IMG/VR virus record: IMGVR_UViG_3300029711_000003
Span: 32,001 to 96,000 of that record
DNA length: 64,000 nucleotides
Strand: one strand, 5' to 3'
DNA from: a virus
Part shown: one piece after another, positions 1 to 10,717 of the stretch
How the letters are laid out: each line of letters opens with the position of its first letter
Numbering within the stretch: the stretch's first letter is position 1
Position numbers and translations under genes: made by a program
Notes under the pieces: generated by a model
Database searches by the model: none
What the model was told of the DNA's origin: nothing
Seen by the model: only the letters and a program-made list of their open reading frames with translations

Positions 1-1640
1 ATAGAGTTATTGACCGTTGGGAAGGAGAGAGAAACAAACGCTATGAAACCGCTGGTAGGCAGTATGATGACGATATTGCTGCCATTGAAGAAGAGCAAAC
101 TCAAAAAGAAGAAGAACTAAGCAGAACTATCGAAGAACTCACTGAAGAAATTCGTAGAAGTGGGGGAAATTTGAATCCCAATTCCTTTTTGAGTCAACTT
201 CGGGAACAACGTCAACAAGCTATCATTGACAGAGATACTGCTGAAGATGAGGAAACTGCCAGACAGGCAGCTGCAAGAGTTCGTGAGCTTGACCAACAAA
301 TAAGGGATATTGAAAGAGGTGATTCCAGTAGTAACGAGGATGAAGAAAAGAAAACCGATTGGGGTTTGAGGACAATACAAACCATGATGGGTTTTGACCA
401 ACTTGCCCGTGGCATAGCTGGCCGTGATTTAGGTTCCATCATTATGGGAGGTGCTCAAACCGTTACTTCTATGCTTGGCATGAGTGATAGAGGTGCCGCA
501 CGTTCACTTGCTTGGGTTAAGCCTCTTGCTACTATTGGTACATTACTTACTCAGGAAGCTCAAAAATCTGACCAAATGGCAGTACTTGCTGCATTGGTTC
601 AGAATGACCCTAACTTCGGTGGAGGTTCAATCGAAGCTACAAGAGAGGAAATGTACAGACGTCTTTGGGATTATTCTCCTAATTACGATTTAGCTGGAAT
701 AAACTCTATGGGTTTATCTTCTCCTGAATTTGCTCAATTTGCTTCAAGAAGAATAAGACAGCGTGGAATTGCATCAGATGGTATATCAGAAGCATATTAC
801 CAAGAAGCATTGGAAAGGGTTTTTTCTCTTGACCAAGGAGCTTTGGGTGCTGCAGGAAGATATGACCGTTATGGAACTAATGCTACAGATGCTATCAGCA
901 ACCTTGTAGAACGTCTTTCAAGAATACAAAACAGCGGAGTATCTCAAGGTAACTATGTCCGAGTTCAGGAATATCTGAATATGCAACAAGGAGTTATGCA
1001 ACAACTCATGCGTTTTCAGGATAGACCTAATATTGGCATAGCTAACAAAGAAATAGAGGCATTTGCTCAGCTGCAAAACTACACGGTGGATAGTAGGACT
1101 GGAAGTGACATTGCGGCTGTGCGCAACACCATTACCAATCCTCAGAATGACCGTATGAGAGCGTTGCTGTATGGTACGGTAGAAGAACTGCTGCCTGAAA
1201 CTGCTGGACGTTCAGACCTGATAGACCGAGCAATCAATGACCCTGCTAAACAAGGTGAGATTATCCGAGCTTATATGCAGAAGATACAAAATATGTATGG
1301 AGGCACGGATACACCCATGGGATATTGGGCAGGTAAAGCATTGCTTTCAAGCATAGAAAGTCCTGAACGTAGGGATGCTATTCTAAGGGGTATCACGAGC
1401 GGTAGAGCTGGACAAACTCTTGCTAATGGAGAGGTAATAAATACTTACAATACTCCAGTCAGAGATACCTATGCTAAGCAAGTTGAGGGATATGCTTCTG
1501 AATTGACGTCAACGCTTATAAAAGCATCTGATGGAATATACGCTGGTGTTAACATTATTGAAAATATTGCTAAGGATGTAAGGGATTTAGTCACTGGTAC
1601 TAAGTCACTTGCTGATATAGTTCAACAAAGAGTTTATTAA
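1..1640 (+). CDS. tail tape-measure-like protein, C-terminal part (5' end lies upstream of the window)
   Basis: Frame 3 is open from base 3 with no stop, so the listed TTG at 171 is internal. The N part is E/Q/R-rich and coiled-coil-like, followed by a Gly/Ala/Met-rich hydrophobic stretch (GIAGRDLGSIIMGGAQTVTSMLGM). It lies directly upstream of baseplate genes. Confidence 0.45.
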   Translation, partial: RVIDRWEGERNKRYETAGRQYDDDIAAIEEEQTQKEEELSRTIEELTEEIRRSGGNLNPNSFLSQLREQRQQAIIDRDTAEDEETARQAAARVRELDQQIRDIERGDSSSNEDEEKKTDWGLRTIQTMMGFDQLARGIAGRDLGSIIMGGAQTVTSMLGMSDRGAARSLAWVKPLATIGTLLTQEAQKSDQMAVLAALVQNDPNFGGGSIEATREEMYRRLWDYSPNYDLAGINSMGLSSPEFAQFASRRIRQRGIASDGISEAYYQEALERVFSLDQGALGAAGRYDRYGTNATDAISNLVERLSRIQNSGVSQGNYVRVQEYLNMQQGVMQQLMRFQDRPNIGIANKEIEAFAQLQNYTVDSRTGSDIAAVRNTITNPQNDRMRALLYGTVEELLPETAGRSDLIDRAINDPAKQGEIIRAYMQKIQNMYGGTDTPMGYWAGKALLSSIESPERRDAILRGITSGRAGQTLANGEVINTYNTPVRDTYAKQVEGYASELTSTLIKASDGIYAGVNIIENIAKDVRDLVTGTKSLADIVQQRVY

Positions 1641-1641
1641 C

Positions 1642-3138
1642 ATGGAATATCTAACTTTATATCATCATGACTCTTCTGTTAAAACATTAGCAGAATATAT
1701 GGAGGCAGAGCATATCCCAACCAGTGTCATTTCCGTTGATGAGCTGTTTGATTATAATAGGGATATGATTTTCAATCAGATGTCTTTGAACGAGAAAGCT
1801 GAATATGCTAAGCAGAAAGGTAAGGATTCAATTACATCTAATGACCTTACAAGCGATATGACTTTGCCTTGTCCTTGTACTCTTAAAATTCAGGCTAAGA
1901 ACGTAACTTATGAGCTTGCTATTTCTCAAACAAATTTTGAAGCTCAAACCGATAACATCTATGCTTTTGAAAATCAGCAGATACAAAACATACTTCAAAA
2001 CGAAGGATACAATATTGACCGTAGTACGAAGAAACTCAATCCAGAGTGTTCGGTTTGGGGTTGGTTCAAGTCCTTATATTATGTTGGCGCATTAGACAAT
2101 ATGAACGCTTTGGGCACTATTCGTAGTAATACCAATAAATTTGTAGATATATCGGACTTTATTGTAAATATGACTACAAATGTTTCATTGTCGGGTGGTT
2201 CTTTTTCTATTACATTGCCTATTATAAATTCCATTCAGCAATTGTTAAAGATAGAGCCTTATTCTGATACCAATAACTCATTGATGAAGATTTTCACATA
2301 TACGGATAGACGTGCTGAGCAAATAGACCTATACCAATATGGTAAACAATTCTTTCATAAAGGCGGTATTGTTGCCATGGAACATAATTACTTCAATTGG
2401 CTTATTCAGTCTAATGACCTTTTGTTCATTTCTTTTGAAAAATTAGAGCTTGAGAAGTCATTGGGTAGTAATGTCTTTGATATGATAGGTTTGGTTGATA
2501 ACGTCAGTGTTTATCAAGATGCTAATGGTAATGGTAATGTAACTGTAAGCGGACGGGATTTGATGAAGCTGTTAACAGATGATAGCTCATTATTTTTCAA
2601 TACTTCTACTGTTTGGGGAGAAAGTCAGATTTTTGCTAATACTGAGAGTATGGGTAAGCAAGGTGATATTCGCAATGCTGATATGAGCGGAAATAAATAT
2701 AACACTCCTATAAACAGACTTCGCAGATTGACAAACGAAATAGACGTTTTTGCTACTCCATTCAATCGTTCACTGGACTTCATTATGAAGGGTGTTATTT
2801 CTCAGCTTGCTAATATAGAGGTGGTTCCTGATTATGTGTTTGAAGATTGGGGAGATAGGCGAACAAGATTTTCTGAACTTTATCCTGACGTTTCTTCTAA
2901 TACTCAAGGAACGGCAAACGGAGCAAGTTCGGGTAGTGGACAATCAGATAGTAGTTCATCTGATGAAGTTCCTAATAACGATGCTTTCAGAACTAATATG
3001 CCTAATGTAAATGAGGATAAGTATGAGCCAATAACTGGCGGTGATAATGGAGCAAGAAATTCAGACACTCCGTCAGTTCCGAGATTGAACGAAGGAATGA
3101 CGTATTTGGGTGATGGTATGTATGTTAAAATAAAGTAA
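1642..3138 (+). CDS. virion structural protein (tail/baseplate module), function unknown
   Basis: 498-aa ORF starting 1 nt after the previous stop. Ser/Gly/Asn-rich low-complexity C-terminus. Functional call rests on position only. Confidence 0.55.
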   Translation: MEYLTLYHHDSSVKTLAEYMEAEHIPTSVISVDELFDYNRDMIFNQMSLNEKAEYAKQKGKDSITSNDLTSDMTLPCPCTLKIQAKNVTYELAISQTNFEAQTDNIYAFENQQIQNILQNEGYNIDRSTKKLNPECSVWGWFKSLYYVGALDNMNALGTIRSNTNKFVDISDFIVNMTTNVSLSGGSFSITLPIINSIQQLLKIEPYSDTNNSLMKIFTYTDRRAEQIDLYQYGKQFFHKGGIVAMEHNYFNWLIQSNDLLFISFEKLELEKSLGSNVFDMIGLVDNVSVYQDANGNGNVTVSGRDLMKLLTDDSSLFFNTSTVWGESQIFANTESMGKQGDIRNADMSGNKYNTPINRLRRLTNEIDVFATPFNRSLDFIMKGVISQLANIEVVPDYVFEDWGDRRTRFSELYPDVSSNTQGTANGASSGSGQSDSSSSDEVPNNDAFRTNMPNVNEDKYEPITGGDNGARNSDTPSVPRLNEGMTYLGDGMYVKIK

Positions 3139-3142
3139 TATT

Positions 3143-4702
3143 ATGATACCAATTTTCAAAAAAGGCTGGCTTGGGAATAAGACTTCTTTGACAATATCTT
3201 CTCCAATGGGTATGCGTAATGGCAGACGGCATAATGGAGTTGATATTGCTGTACCAGTAAATACTAAGATATTAGCTCCAACGGCTGGGCAAATTATACA
3301 GATAGCAACTCAAGCTAATGGAGCAGGACTTTACATGAAATTGAGATTCAGAGCTACGGCATCAATATATTATGATGTTATCTTTATGCACCTTCATCAA
3401 ACTGTCGCTTCAAGAGGACAAACTGTTGCTGAAGGTGATTTGTTAGCTTATAGCGGTGGCGCCCCAAGTGACACTCCAAGGTGCGGAAGAAGTACTGGAC
3501 CACATGTTCATCTTGAGATAAGAAAGGGTGGCGTGGCGGTCAATCCTTTGCCATTTCTTTCCGAGCGTTGCACTTGGAAAGGTAAGGTTTTGAATGAAGG
3601 CAGAAATACGGCAATGCTATCCGAGAATATTGATGATTCAGTATCTAATCACATGAACATTGATATTACAACTGATTCAGATGCTAATGCTATTGAACAA
3701 GACGTTGTTACTAAAACTACCACTAAGGTTGGAGCCGTAGGGGAAAGGTTGGCACCTGGTATATGGCAAATAACGAAGTTGCTTATGGATTCATCTGTTA
3801 GTCACAGACAGATATTTGATAGCAGCATAGCCTTACAAACTGGGCCATTGGGTAATTTTTTCAATAAAGTCTGTCAGCAACCTTTGGTAGAGCTTTCGGG
3901 AGATACGTTTGGTGACCAATATTATTTCATGGTTCGCAAGCCACCATTTGATAAGGAAGGAATGAATAAGATGCAAGACCTGACGTCATTCTTAATCGAA
4001 GAGCAAGAAATAATTTCTACAAACATAGGATGGACAAATACAGGCATCTACTCATGGTATCAACTCATACCTTACGCAGAGTATGGAGGATTGGACCAAA
4101 CCATGCTATACATGCCCGCAATCTTCTTTCCTGAATATGCCGCTATATGGGGAAGTAAAGATTTGACCGTTCAGAGTCAGTATGTGAATTTCTACATGAG
4201 TGGATATTGGAATCAAACAACGGATGAACAGAAAAAGAAGAACGGAGAAAACATAATCAAGAATGCTGTAAGAGATTTGAAATACCTTATTGAAAGCAAC
4301 GCATATATACCATTCACTCGCAGTGGTACAATAACTCTGAACGGAGATAGACGCATAAAGAGAGGAACGCTCATTATCATGCCTAACAATGAGCAATTCT
4401 ATGTGGATGCAGTTAGTAACAGTATTTCTTTCGGCGGTAGTTCAGTTGATCGCACTACGACTTTGAATGTTTCAAGAGGCATGTTCCAAGAATACATAGA
4501 CGGTAAAGAAGTCAACGGAGATTTGATGAGTTATTTCAACATCATTGATTTTGGAGAAGATTTTGATGTTAATAATATAACAGTTGAAAACTGGAAGAAA
4601 GTATTTTCATCTTGGAAAGTAAACATAAACGTATTTGCTTACTTTCTGAAAAGGTCACAAATACTTTCTACTTATGTAAACAAACTAACATCTGAAAAGT
4701 AG
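3143..4702 (+). CDS. tail-associated peptidoglycan hydrolase with N-terminal M23 peptidase domain
   Basis: M23 metallopeptidase motifs HxxxD (RRHNGVDIAVP) and HxH (GPHVHLEIR) lie in the first ~130 aa. A ~380-aa C-terminal structural part follows. The gene sits in the baseplate module. Confidence 0.8.
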   Translation: MIPIFKKGWLGNKTSLTISSPMGMRNGRRHNGVDIAVPVNTKILAPTAGQIIQIATQANGAGLYMKLRFRATASIYYDVIFMHLHQTVASRGQTVAEGDLLAYSGGAPSDTPRCGRSTGPHVHLEIRKGGVAVNPLPFLSERCTWKGKVLNEGRNTAMLSENIDDSVSNHMNIDITTDSDANAIEQDVVTKTTTKVGAVGERLAPGIWQITKLLMDSSVSHRQIFDSSIALQTGPLGNFFNKVCQQPLVELSGDTFGDQYYFMVRKPPFDKEGMNKMQDLTSFLIEEQEIISTNIGWTNTGIYSWYQLIPYAEYGGLDQTMLYMPAIFFPEYAAIWGSKDLTVQSQYVNFYMSGYWNQTTDEQKKKNGENIIKNAVRDLKYLIESNAYIPFTRSGTITLNGDRRIKRGTLIIMPNNEQFYVDAVSNSISFGGSSVDRTTTLNVSRGMFQEYIDGKEVNGDLMSYFNIIDFGEDFDVNNITVENWKKVFSSWKVNINVFAYFLKRSQILSTYVNKLTSEK

Positions 4703-4703
4703 T

Positions 4704-5594
4704 ATGGAAGGAAAGTTTGAAATAAACAGGGGTGGTAACAACGCCATAGGACAGTCAGGTATCGGTTTTATCGTAGTTCCTGACGATAATACAAGGCAAC
4801 AATATATTGATGATTGCTATCGTACATCTACGGTAACAATCAATGGAGGTTTTGGTTATGGTTACATAAGTGCTGTTAAGATTTTGCCTGACGTTCTTCA
4901 AAAAATACGCTTTCCGCTAAAAAGCACGGAGAGAGGAACGCCAGTGTTATGGTTGAGGGAAAATTTCTCAAACCGTCCCATTGTTATTGGTATAATAAGT
5001 GAAGAAGGTTACACAAACCTTTTGAAAGAAAATCAAAACCGATTTGTTCAGGAAATAGACGGAAAAACGGTTGAGATTTTTCAAGATGCTAATTCGGCTA
5101 CACTAAACATAAATGTTGTAGGAAAATCTGATACTCCAGCTAATATCAATATCAAGGTTGCTTCTGGTTCAGAAGATAGCGTTGTTAACATAGATAGCGA
5201 TGGCAAGGTAAATGTTTCCGCTAATGATTTCACAGCAACAGCAAGAAATACTTTTAATATATTTTTGAAGGACGGAAAGAATGATGAGCTAATTTCTTTG
5301 ATTGGCGATTCAGAAAAGATGGAATTCAAAGATAAATTTGGTAATGTAATAACTTCTAATGAAGAAAATGTTAACATTACCGTTGCTGGAAAGTTCAATG
5401 TAAACAGCGGTAAAGAGCCGATGGTGCTTGGACAAACTCTTGTAGATTTGTTGAGCGAAATATTGGATGCTATTAAGCAGATAACGGTAGTCACGCCTGT
5501 CGGTACTTCTTCTGTTCCTGTTAATATAGCATCATTTACTTCTGCTCAGCAAAAATTGAAAAATATATTAAGTACAATTTCTAATTTAGATTGA
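4704..5594 (+). CDS. baseplate central spike / hub protein (gpV / Mu gp45-like)
   Basis: The N-terminal segment GTPVLWLRENFSNRPIVIGII resembles the Phage_base_V OB-fold motif. A repetitive beta-helix-like stretch follows (NINVVGKSD..NINIKVASG..VVNIDSDGKVNVSAND). Confidence 0.5.
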   Translation: MEGKFEINRGGNNAIGQSGIGFIVVPDDNTRQQYIDDCYRTSTVTINGGFGYGYISAVKILPDVLQKIRFPLKSTERGTPVLWLRENFSNRPIVIGIISEEGYTNLLKENQNRFVQEIDGKTVEIFQDANSATLNINVVGKSDTPANINIKVASGSEDSVVNIDSDGKVNVSANDFTATARNTFNIFLKDGKNDELISLIGDSEKMEFKDKFGNVITSNEENVNITVAGKFNVNSGKEPMVLGQTLVDLLSEILDAIKQITVVTPVGTSSVPVNIASFTSAQQKLKNILSTISNLD

Positions 5595-5595
5595 T

Positions 5596-5862
5596 ATGCC
5601 AATAGCAACTGAAGCATTAAGAGCGTTTTTGACTCAGGGAATAAAAAATGCGCTTGACCAACCAATTGATGAAACTTCTAATTCAGACGAAGTTAAACAA
5701 AGATTTGCACAAAACATTGCTAATGCAATAGCAGATGGAGTTGACGCTTGGATTAAGACCGCTACTGTTACTGTACAGCCAGGAATACCAGTATCAACAG
5801 CAGGTGGGCCATCAGCTCAAACTGGAGCTACAACTGGTCAGGGAACTGGTACAATATCGTGA
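5596..5862 (+). CDS. small baseplate-module protein, unknown function
   Basis: 88-aa ORF starting 1 nt after the previous stop. Gly/Thr/Ala-rich C-terminus. Confidence 0.5.
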   Translation: MPIATEALRAFLTQGIKNALDQPIDETSNSDEVKQRFAQNIANAIADGVDAWIKTATVTVQPGIPVSTAGGPSAQTGATTGQGTGTIS

Positions 5863-5894
5863 ACAAACAGTTATAATTCATAGAAAAGAATAAT

Positions 5895-6629
5895 ATGAGC
5901 GCAATTACATCTGTTATAGAAAATACGTTGAATGCTGCAATGACCGTAGGTAAGGCGGCACTTCACGCTATGGCTCCTGATAACTACGAGTATTACATGT
6001 GTTCTCTTGAACTCATTGATTGCTCAGGTAATCAGGTAGGCTTTATTTCATTCGTTGTAATGCCCAATAATATAACTGAAAGCACAACTCCTATACAGAC
6101 CCAAACAAAGACGAAGAACGGCATGGTGACATTATTCAATGATTCATTTGCTCCTGTTAATATATCTTTGCAGGGTACATTTGGAAGAAAGTTCAAGATT
6201 GTTACCGATATGGTTGACCCAAGTGAAAAGGGTAATAATTTCTTCAATGGCAATATTGGTAAAATTGCTGGCGTTGAAATAGCGATTAAAAGTGGTTATG
6301 GGCTTACAAGAGTGTTACAATACATATTGAAAAAGACTAATGAATTGGACACGCAAGGCAGACCTTACATTCTGTTGTTCAATAATTATTCTTTCAATTC
6401 TTCTTATGTCGTTGACGTCATGAGCTATTCTTTCAATCAGAGTATTGAGAATAACATGCTTTGGTTCTACGAGCTTCAATTGAAGGCAATAGCACCTGGC
6501 TCAGCGGTAAGGAGTAGTAAACAGAACAATGCTCAACTTTTGAAAGTAGTTGCTTCCAATGCCATAGCTCAAGGATTGACTAATGTAATTAATGATGTAA
6601 AACGTAACAACACATTAAAGTATGTTTAG
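5895..6629 (+). CDS. baseplate-module structural protein, unknown function
   Basis: 244-aa ORF that overlaps the next gene by 8 nt. Functional call rests on position only. Confidence 0.55.
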   Translation: MSAITSVIENTLNAAMTVGKAALHAMAPDNYEYYMCSLELIDCSGNQVGFISFVVMPNNITESTTPIQTQTKTKNGMVTLFNDSFAPVNISLQGTFGRKFKIVTDMVDPSEKGNNFFNGNIGKIAGVEIAIKSGYGLTRVLQYILKKTNELDTQGRPYILLFNNYSFNSSYVVDVMSYSFNQSIENNMLWFYELQLKAIAPGSAVRSSKQNNAQLLKVVASNAIAQGLTNVINDVKRNNTLKYV

Positions 6630-7530
6630 TGATATTGTAAGTGACTTTGAAAATATAACCAAGTTTGCCTTGTTAGACTACTTGGAACAATATAGGGATT
6701 TCATGCAAAATGATTTCTCCTATATTTCTTCATATTACAACGGAGATACGGCAAGTGTTGATTCATCTTATATTTCCAATTTCAATTCTTTGAGGACTAA
6801 GAGCAAAACACTGATGCAGCAGTTCATAAACTTTTCTCACCGATTATCGAATTGCGGTTTTTGGGAGCTTCAGGAGTATTGTCAAGACCTTAATGATACT
6901 TTGGAAAAGATAACCAAATTGCCTAAGTATTACAGAACATCTAAGACGGTAAGAGGTTATCAGCCGTATATACAAGTCAAGGGAAACATTGGCGGTATGA
7001 AAACCGTTAAGGATTTAGCCGAAGAAATAAGTTCCAATGGTGTTAGCGAAATAAGTCTTATCATTGATAATGACCTTCAGGAGAAAGATTGGGAAATTGA
7101 CCAATTGTCTGCCGTTACTGCCTTTGTAAATAATCAGGTGGACGTAGTAGTTGAAACAATTCTTGAACAGCCTGTAGGCAATCAAATTTATGGTAAGGAT
7201 ATTGCTCGCAAGATAACACTGGAAGACAATGATATTGCCGTTAAGAAATATGAAGACAACGTTGAACAAAAATGTGATATTCTATTAGAGCTTGAGCGTG
7301 GTAACATTCCTGAAATGCCTGCGTTTGGTAAAAATCCGCTTCAAGGTACCAATATGGCTAATTACAATTATGCTGAATTGGTAAAGGACTTGCAGAGCGT
7401 ATTTCTTCAGGATGATTTGTTTGAATCAATAGAAGTTACAAACGTTGAATTCAAAGATGGCGACTTGTATGTCACTTGTTCTATTCAAACCAAGTATTCG
7501 TATTCAACTGTAAAAACATTAAGATTATGA
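6622..7530 (+). CDS. baseplate wedge protein with C-terminal gp25/GPW-like domain
   Basis: The C-terminal ~90 aa (IPEMPAFGKNPLQG...LFESIEVTNVEFKDGDLYVTCSIQTKYS) fits the gp25/W family pattern. It lies directly upstream of the baseplate-J-like gene, which is the canonical W-J order. Confidence 0.5.
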   Translation: MFSDIVSDFENITKFALLDYLEQYRDFMQNDFSYISSYYNGDTASVDSSYISNFNSLRTKSKTLMQQFINFSHRLSNCGFWELQEYCQDLNDTLEKITKLPKYYRTSKTVRGYQPYIQVKGNIGGMKTVKDLAEEISSNGVSEISLIIDNDLQEKDWEIDQLSAVTAFVNNQVDVVVETILEQPVGNQIYGKDIARKITLEDNDIAVKKYEDNVEQKCDILLELERGNIPEMPAFGKNPLQGTNMANYNYAELVKDLQSVFLQDDLFESIEVTNVEFKDGDLYVTCSIQTKYSYSTVKTLRL

Positions 7531-8723
7531 TAACGAAAATAACATCAGTAGATGAATTGAAGCAAATATGGTTGGAGATATTTCTCAACAAAACCGATAA
7601 GGTGAGTGACGTTTCGGATGAGTCAGTTTTGAACGGTATTGCATACGGATGCGGAAAACTTGCTCAAAGAACATTGGCTAATCAAGCTATCATTGAAGGT
7701 CATATCTTTCCTGATACTGCTTATGGAGATTATCTTGACCAGTTAGCTGCTATTCGTGGCGTAGCTCCGAGATTTGGTGCAACGGCAAGCTCAACTTATG
7801 TTAGAGTGATTGCTGATGCTGGAACGTCTTATTTAGCAGGAACACATCAGTTTACTTCTACTTCGGGAATTGTATTTGTACCCGAAAAGAGCGTGACGGT
7901 TGGTGAAAATGGATATGCTTATGTTAAGGTAAGAAGTTTGCAGAGCGGATTGTCTGCTAATGTAGATGCACTTTCCATAAACCAAGTGTCTCCAATTCCT
8001 GAGGGTCATATAAATTGTACAAATGAGTATGCTGCAACTGGAGGTCGTGACCAAGAAGATGATGAACTGTTCCGACAGAGGATAAAAGAAAGTATAAATC
8101 AATTGTCAAGAACAACGCTGTCTTATCTTGAGCAAGTTTTCATGAAAATCAATAACAATGTTTTAAGGCTGTTCAAAGGTAGTACGGACGAAAGCGGACG
8201 TTTGAATTTGATTGTAGTTTCAGTAAACGGACAAGATTTCACGGAAGATGAGTTCAATGAAATTCTCAGCCGTTCTGAAGAATATCTTTCTTTGTCCGAG
8301 CTTTTGAGAACTTCTACAGATTATGCTTTGAAGCTCAATAATGTTGACTGGCTTACAGTTGACGTTGAGTTCCGAGTAGATTTTGACCCTGCTTATGACC
8401 AAGACGAAATTCGCAAGAACATACAGATTCAAATGTCAAAACTTTTTGACTATCGTTTTTGGCAATATGGTGATAAGGTAGAATGGGAAAATTTGTTGTA
8501 TGCCGCTAAGAATGTTGAGGGTGTTAGATACGTGCCTGATACACACTTTTCTCCGCACGCTGATATAAATGTACCGAAATATCAATTGCCACGCATTAGA
8601 GGATTTGTATTGAGAGATTTGGATGGCAATATCATAGAAGACAATGGCGGCGTATTGAGTGAGTTCTATTATCCCAATGAGCCTGATGATTCATTTTCAA
8701 GTTCTGTTTTAATGACTATTTGA
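7527..8723 (+). CDS. baseplate J-like protein (P2 gpJ / T4 gp6 family)
   Basis: Start chosen at ATG 7527, which forms an ATGA overlap with the upstream stop. The listed 7476 start is an alternative-codon extension. The stretch ESVLNGIAYGCGKLAQR...GDYLDQLAAIRGVAPRFGATASSTYVRV matches the Baseplate_J pattern. Confidence 0.72.
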   Translation: MITKITSVDELKQIWLEIFLNKTDKVSDVSDESVLNGIAYGCGKLAQRTLANQAIIEGHIFPDTAYGDYLDQLAAIRGVAPRFGATASSTYVRVIADAGTSYLAGTHQFTSTSGIVFVPEKSVTVGENGYAYVKVRSLQSGLSANVDALSINQVSPIPEGHINCTNEYAATGGRDQEDDELFRQRIKESINQLSRTTLSYLEQVFMKINNNVLRLFKGSTDESGRLNLIVVSVNGQDFTEDEFNEILSRSEEYLSLSELLRTSTDYALKLNNVDWLTVDVEFRVDFDPAYDQDEIRKNIQIQMSKLFDYRFWQYGDKVEWENLLYAAKNVEGVRYVPDTHFSPHADINVPKYQLPRIRGFVLRDLDGNIIEDNGGVLSEFYYPNEPDDSFSSSVLMTI

Positions 8724-8724
8724 T

Positions 8725-9030
8725 ATGAGAACGGAAGTAAGTGTAAAAACGACAACCGAAGTTGACACCAAAACTGGCGATTTTCTTATAAGTTGTTTTG
8801 CTGATATGAACGAAGATGGGTCAAAAACTCCTTCTATTTACAAGTCAGATGTTTTAGACAGTACTAAGATAATTGACAATGTTTCGGGAAAAGAGGGAGA
8901 ATTGATGTTGACCTATTCGGGAGATACGGTTGGTGAAATCAACGATGACGGTGAACTGGTAATAAATCCTGACGGTGATGACGTCAATAAGTACAATAAA
9001 CAAGATGAAAACTTGATATATGAAGGATAG
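8725..9030 (+). CDS. small acidic baseplate-module protein
   Basis: 101-aa ORF starting 1 nt after the previous stop. It overlaps the next gene by 11 nt. Confidence 0.5.
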   Translation: MRTEVSVKTTTEVDTKTGDFLISCFADMNEDGSKTPSIYKSDVLDSTKIIDNVSGKEGELMLTYSGDTVGEINDDGELVINPDGDDVNKYNKQDENLIYEG

Positions 9031-10705
9031 TATATTACAAGCAATAGGTGATGTTCTTATCATTGATGTTGTTCCTAAGATAAACGGACGTATCCAATTC
9101 ACGGAGTATTCGGACGTATGGGAAGGAATAACAGATGAAAGGACGGTGAACAAAGAGTTCCGTGTTTCAGCAGACGGAGTTTTTTGGAGTAATTGGTTGG
9201 CTTTAACAAATGAAAATCTTGCCAACGGTCAATTCGTTGCCAACGGTCAATTCACCATCCAACTCCGATTTACCCGTACTGGTACAGATGAAACTGGAGT
9301 AATAGAGTTCAAAACAATAGACTTCTATGGGTCAAGGGAGGAAATTCAATTTGTCGCTCCTACCTTGTCTTCCAGTATATTCGCTGATATTGTTGGTACA
9401 GACGGTTTACGTCAATTGGAAGAAAATTTATTCAAGAAGCTGTATTACAGAGGCATTTTGCCCGATTACATAATCAGAGCTGCTAATTCAGATGCTGAAG
9501 AAGATGCTGACTTTATTGATGTGTTTTATAGCGTGGCACGTTTCTTCGCTATAATGATACGTTTCTTCACGAGATTTGAAAATTTCAAAGACGATTTTGA
9601 TTTGATGCGTGAAAACGTAAGACAATATGGCTTGTACTTTGATGAATCAAATATCACTCTGGAAGAGCTTCAATTTCTTTCTCAGCATCTGTTCGATGAG
9701 ATACGAAAGAGAGGAACAGTGATGATATTTAAGCGTCAGGGTGACGTTGTAAATGGTCAACCGCTGCCCATAGATGGAGAATTTATAAGACTTCTAAGAA
9801 GTAAGCCGAGCGATGAGTTGTTGTATGAGAATGTTCCGTTGTATAAGGTAGGTTGGTGTCTTGGACAATGTTCTCCTATGTATCGTGGCACTTCTCAAGC
9901 CTACTATTTGAACAAGACTAAGGAAAACACAGAAGATTTTGTTGATATCAATAACTTCATTATAACTAATAGCGGCAGAGGAAATTATGAGTTGCAGACA
10001 TTCAACAATAAAAAGGTTTTGCGACTTTTCCAAACAACTACTTCAAACACCACTGTCGGTTTAGGTCGTGTGAACGAAGATACGGAGGTATCAATTGATG
10101 ATTTAATTGTAGTTGATTCACGTTTAGATTATGAAATAACATTCGCTTTCCAAGTAGTTGGTAGTGGTTCTTCAAATAACAAATTACTGTTTGGAGTAGA
10201 AGGATTTGACATTTTAGGCAATAGGTTGAACGATGCTTTCATAACTCCTAATGGTGACCAAATATCGGAAACTTTTGTTTTGGAAAGTTTGTCTAAATGG
10301 AAAAGGAACAATTGGTATTATGCCAGAGGAATTTTGCACGCTTATTCATCTGTTAACATGGATGAAAATCTTACAAATTTAGGATTTGGCACCAATTTGT
10401 ATTTCAACAATTCATTTGTTAAATACATTCTGCCCAAGATACAGATAAGCGGAACAGCTACATTTGACGTGAAGATTTGGGACTACAAAGTAAGACCGCT
10501 GGTAAGAGGAACGAACATATTGCCGTTAAAAAGCGGTGAGGAAAATTCTCATAGTCTTGGTTTCATACAAAGCCAAAGGATATTCTACAGCTATGTTAGA
10601 AACAACAATAATAGTCAAAGCAAGGATGAAATAACAGATATTATAGAAAAGTATTTGTTACCATATAACACAACAGATATATTTGTTTTCATGAGTAATT
10701 ATTAA
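9020..10705 (+). CDS. baseplate / tail-fibre-associated structural protein
   Basis: 561-aa ORF downstream of the J-like gene. It contains an 18-bp tandem duplication that encodes ANGQFVANGQF. Confidence 0.55.
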   Translation: MKDSILQAIGDVLIIDVVPKINGRIQFTEYSDVWEGITDERTVNKEFRVSADGVFWSNWLALTNENLANGQFVANGQFTIQLRFTRTGTDETGVIEFKTIDFYGSREEIQFVAPTLSSSIFADIVGTDGLRQLEENLFKKLYYRGILPDYIIRAANSDAEEDADFIDVFYSVARFFAIMIRFFTRFENFKDDFDLMRENVRQYGLYFDESNITLEELQFLSQHLFDEIRKRGTVMIFKRQGDVVNGQPLPIDGEFIRLLRSKPSDELLYENVPLYKVGWCLGQCSPMYRGTSQAYYLNKTKENTEDFVDINNFIITNSGRGNYELQTFNNKKVLRLFQTTTSNTTVGLGRVNEDTEVSIDDLIVVDSRLDYEITFAFQVVGSGSSNNKLLFGVEGFDILGNRLNDAFITPNGDQISETFVLESLSKWKRNNWYYARGILHAYSSVNMDENLTNLGFGTNLYFNNSFVKYILPKIQISGTATFDVKIWDYKVRPLVRGTNILPLKSGEENSHSLGFIQSQRIFYSYVRNNNNSQSKDEITDIIEKYLLPYNTTDIFVFMSNY

Positions 10706-10717
10706 AAGCGTAAAAAT

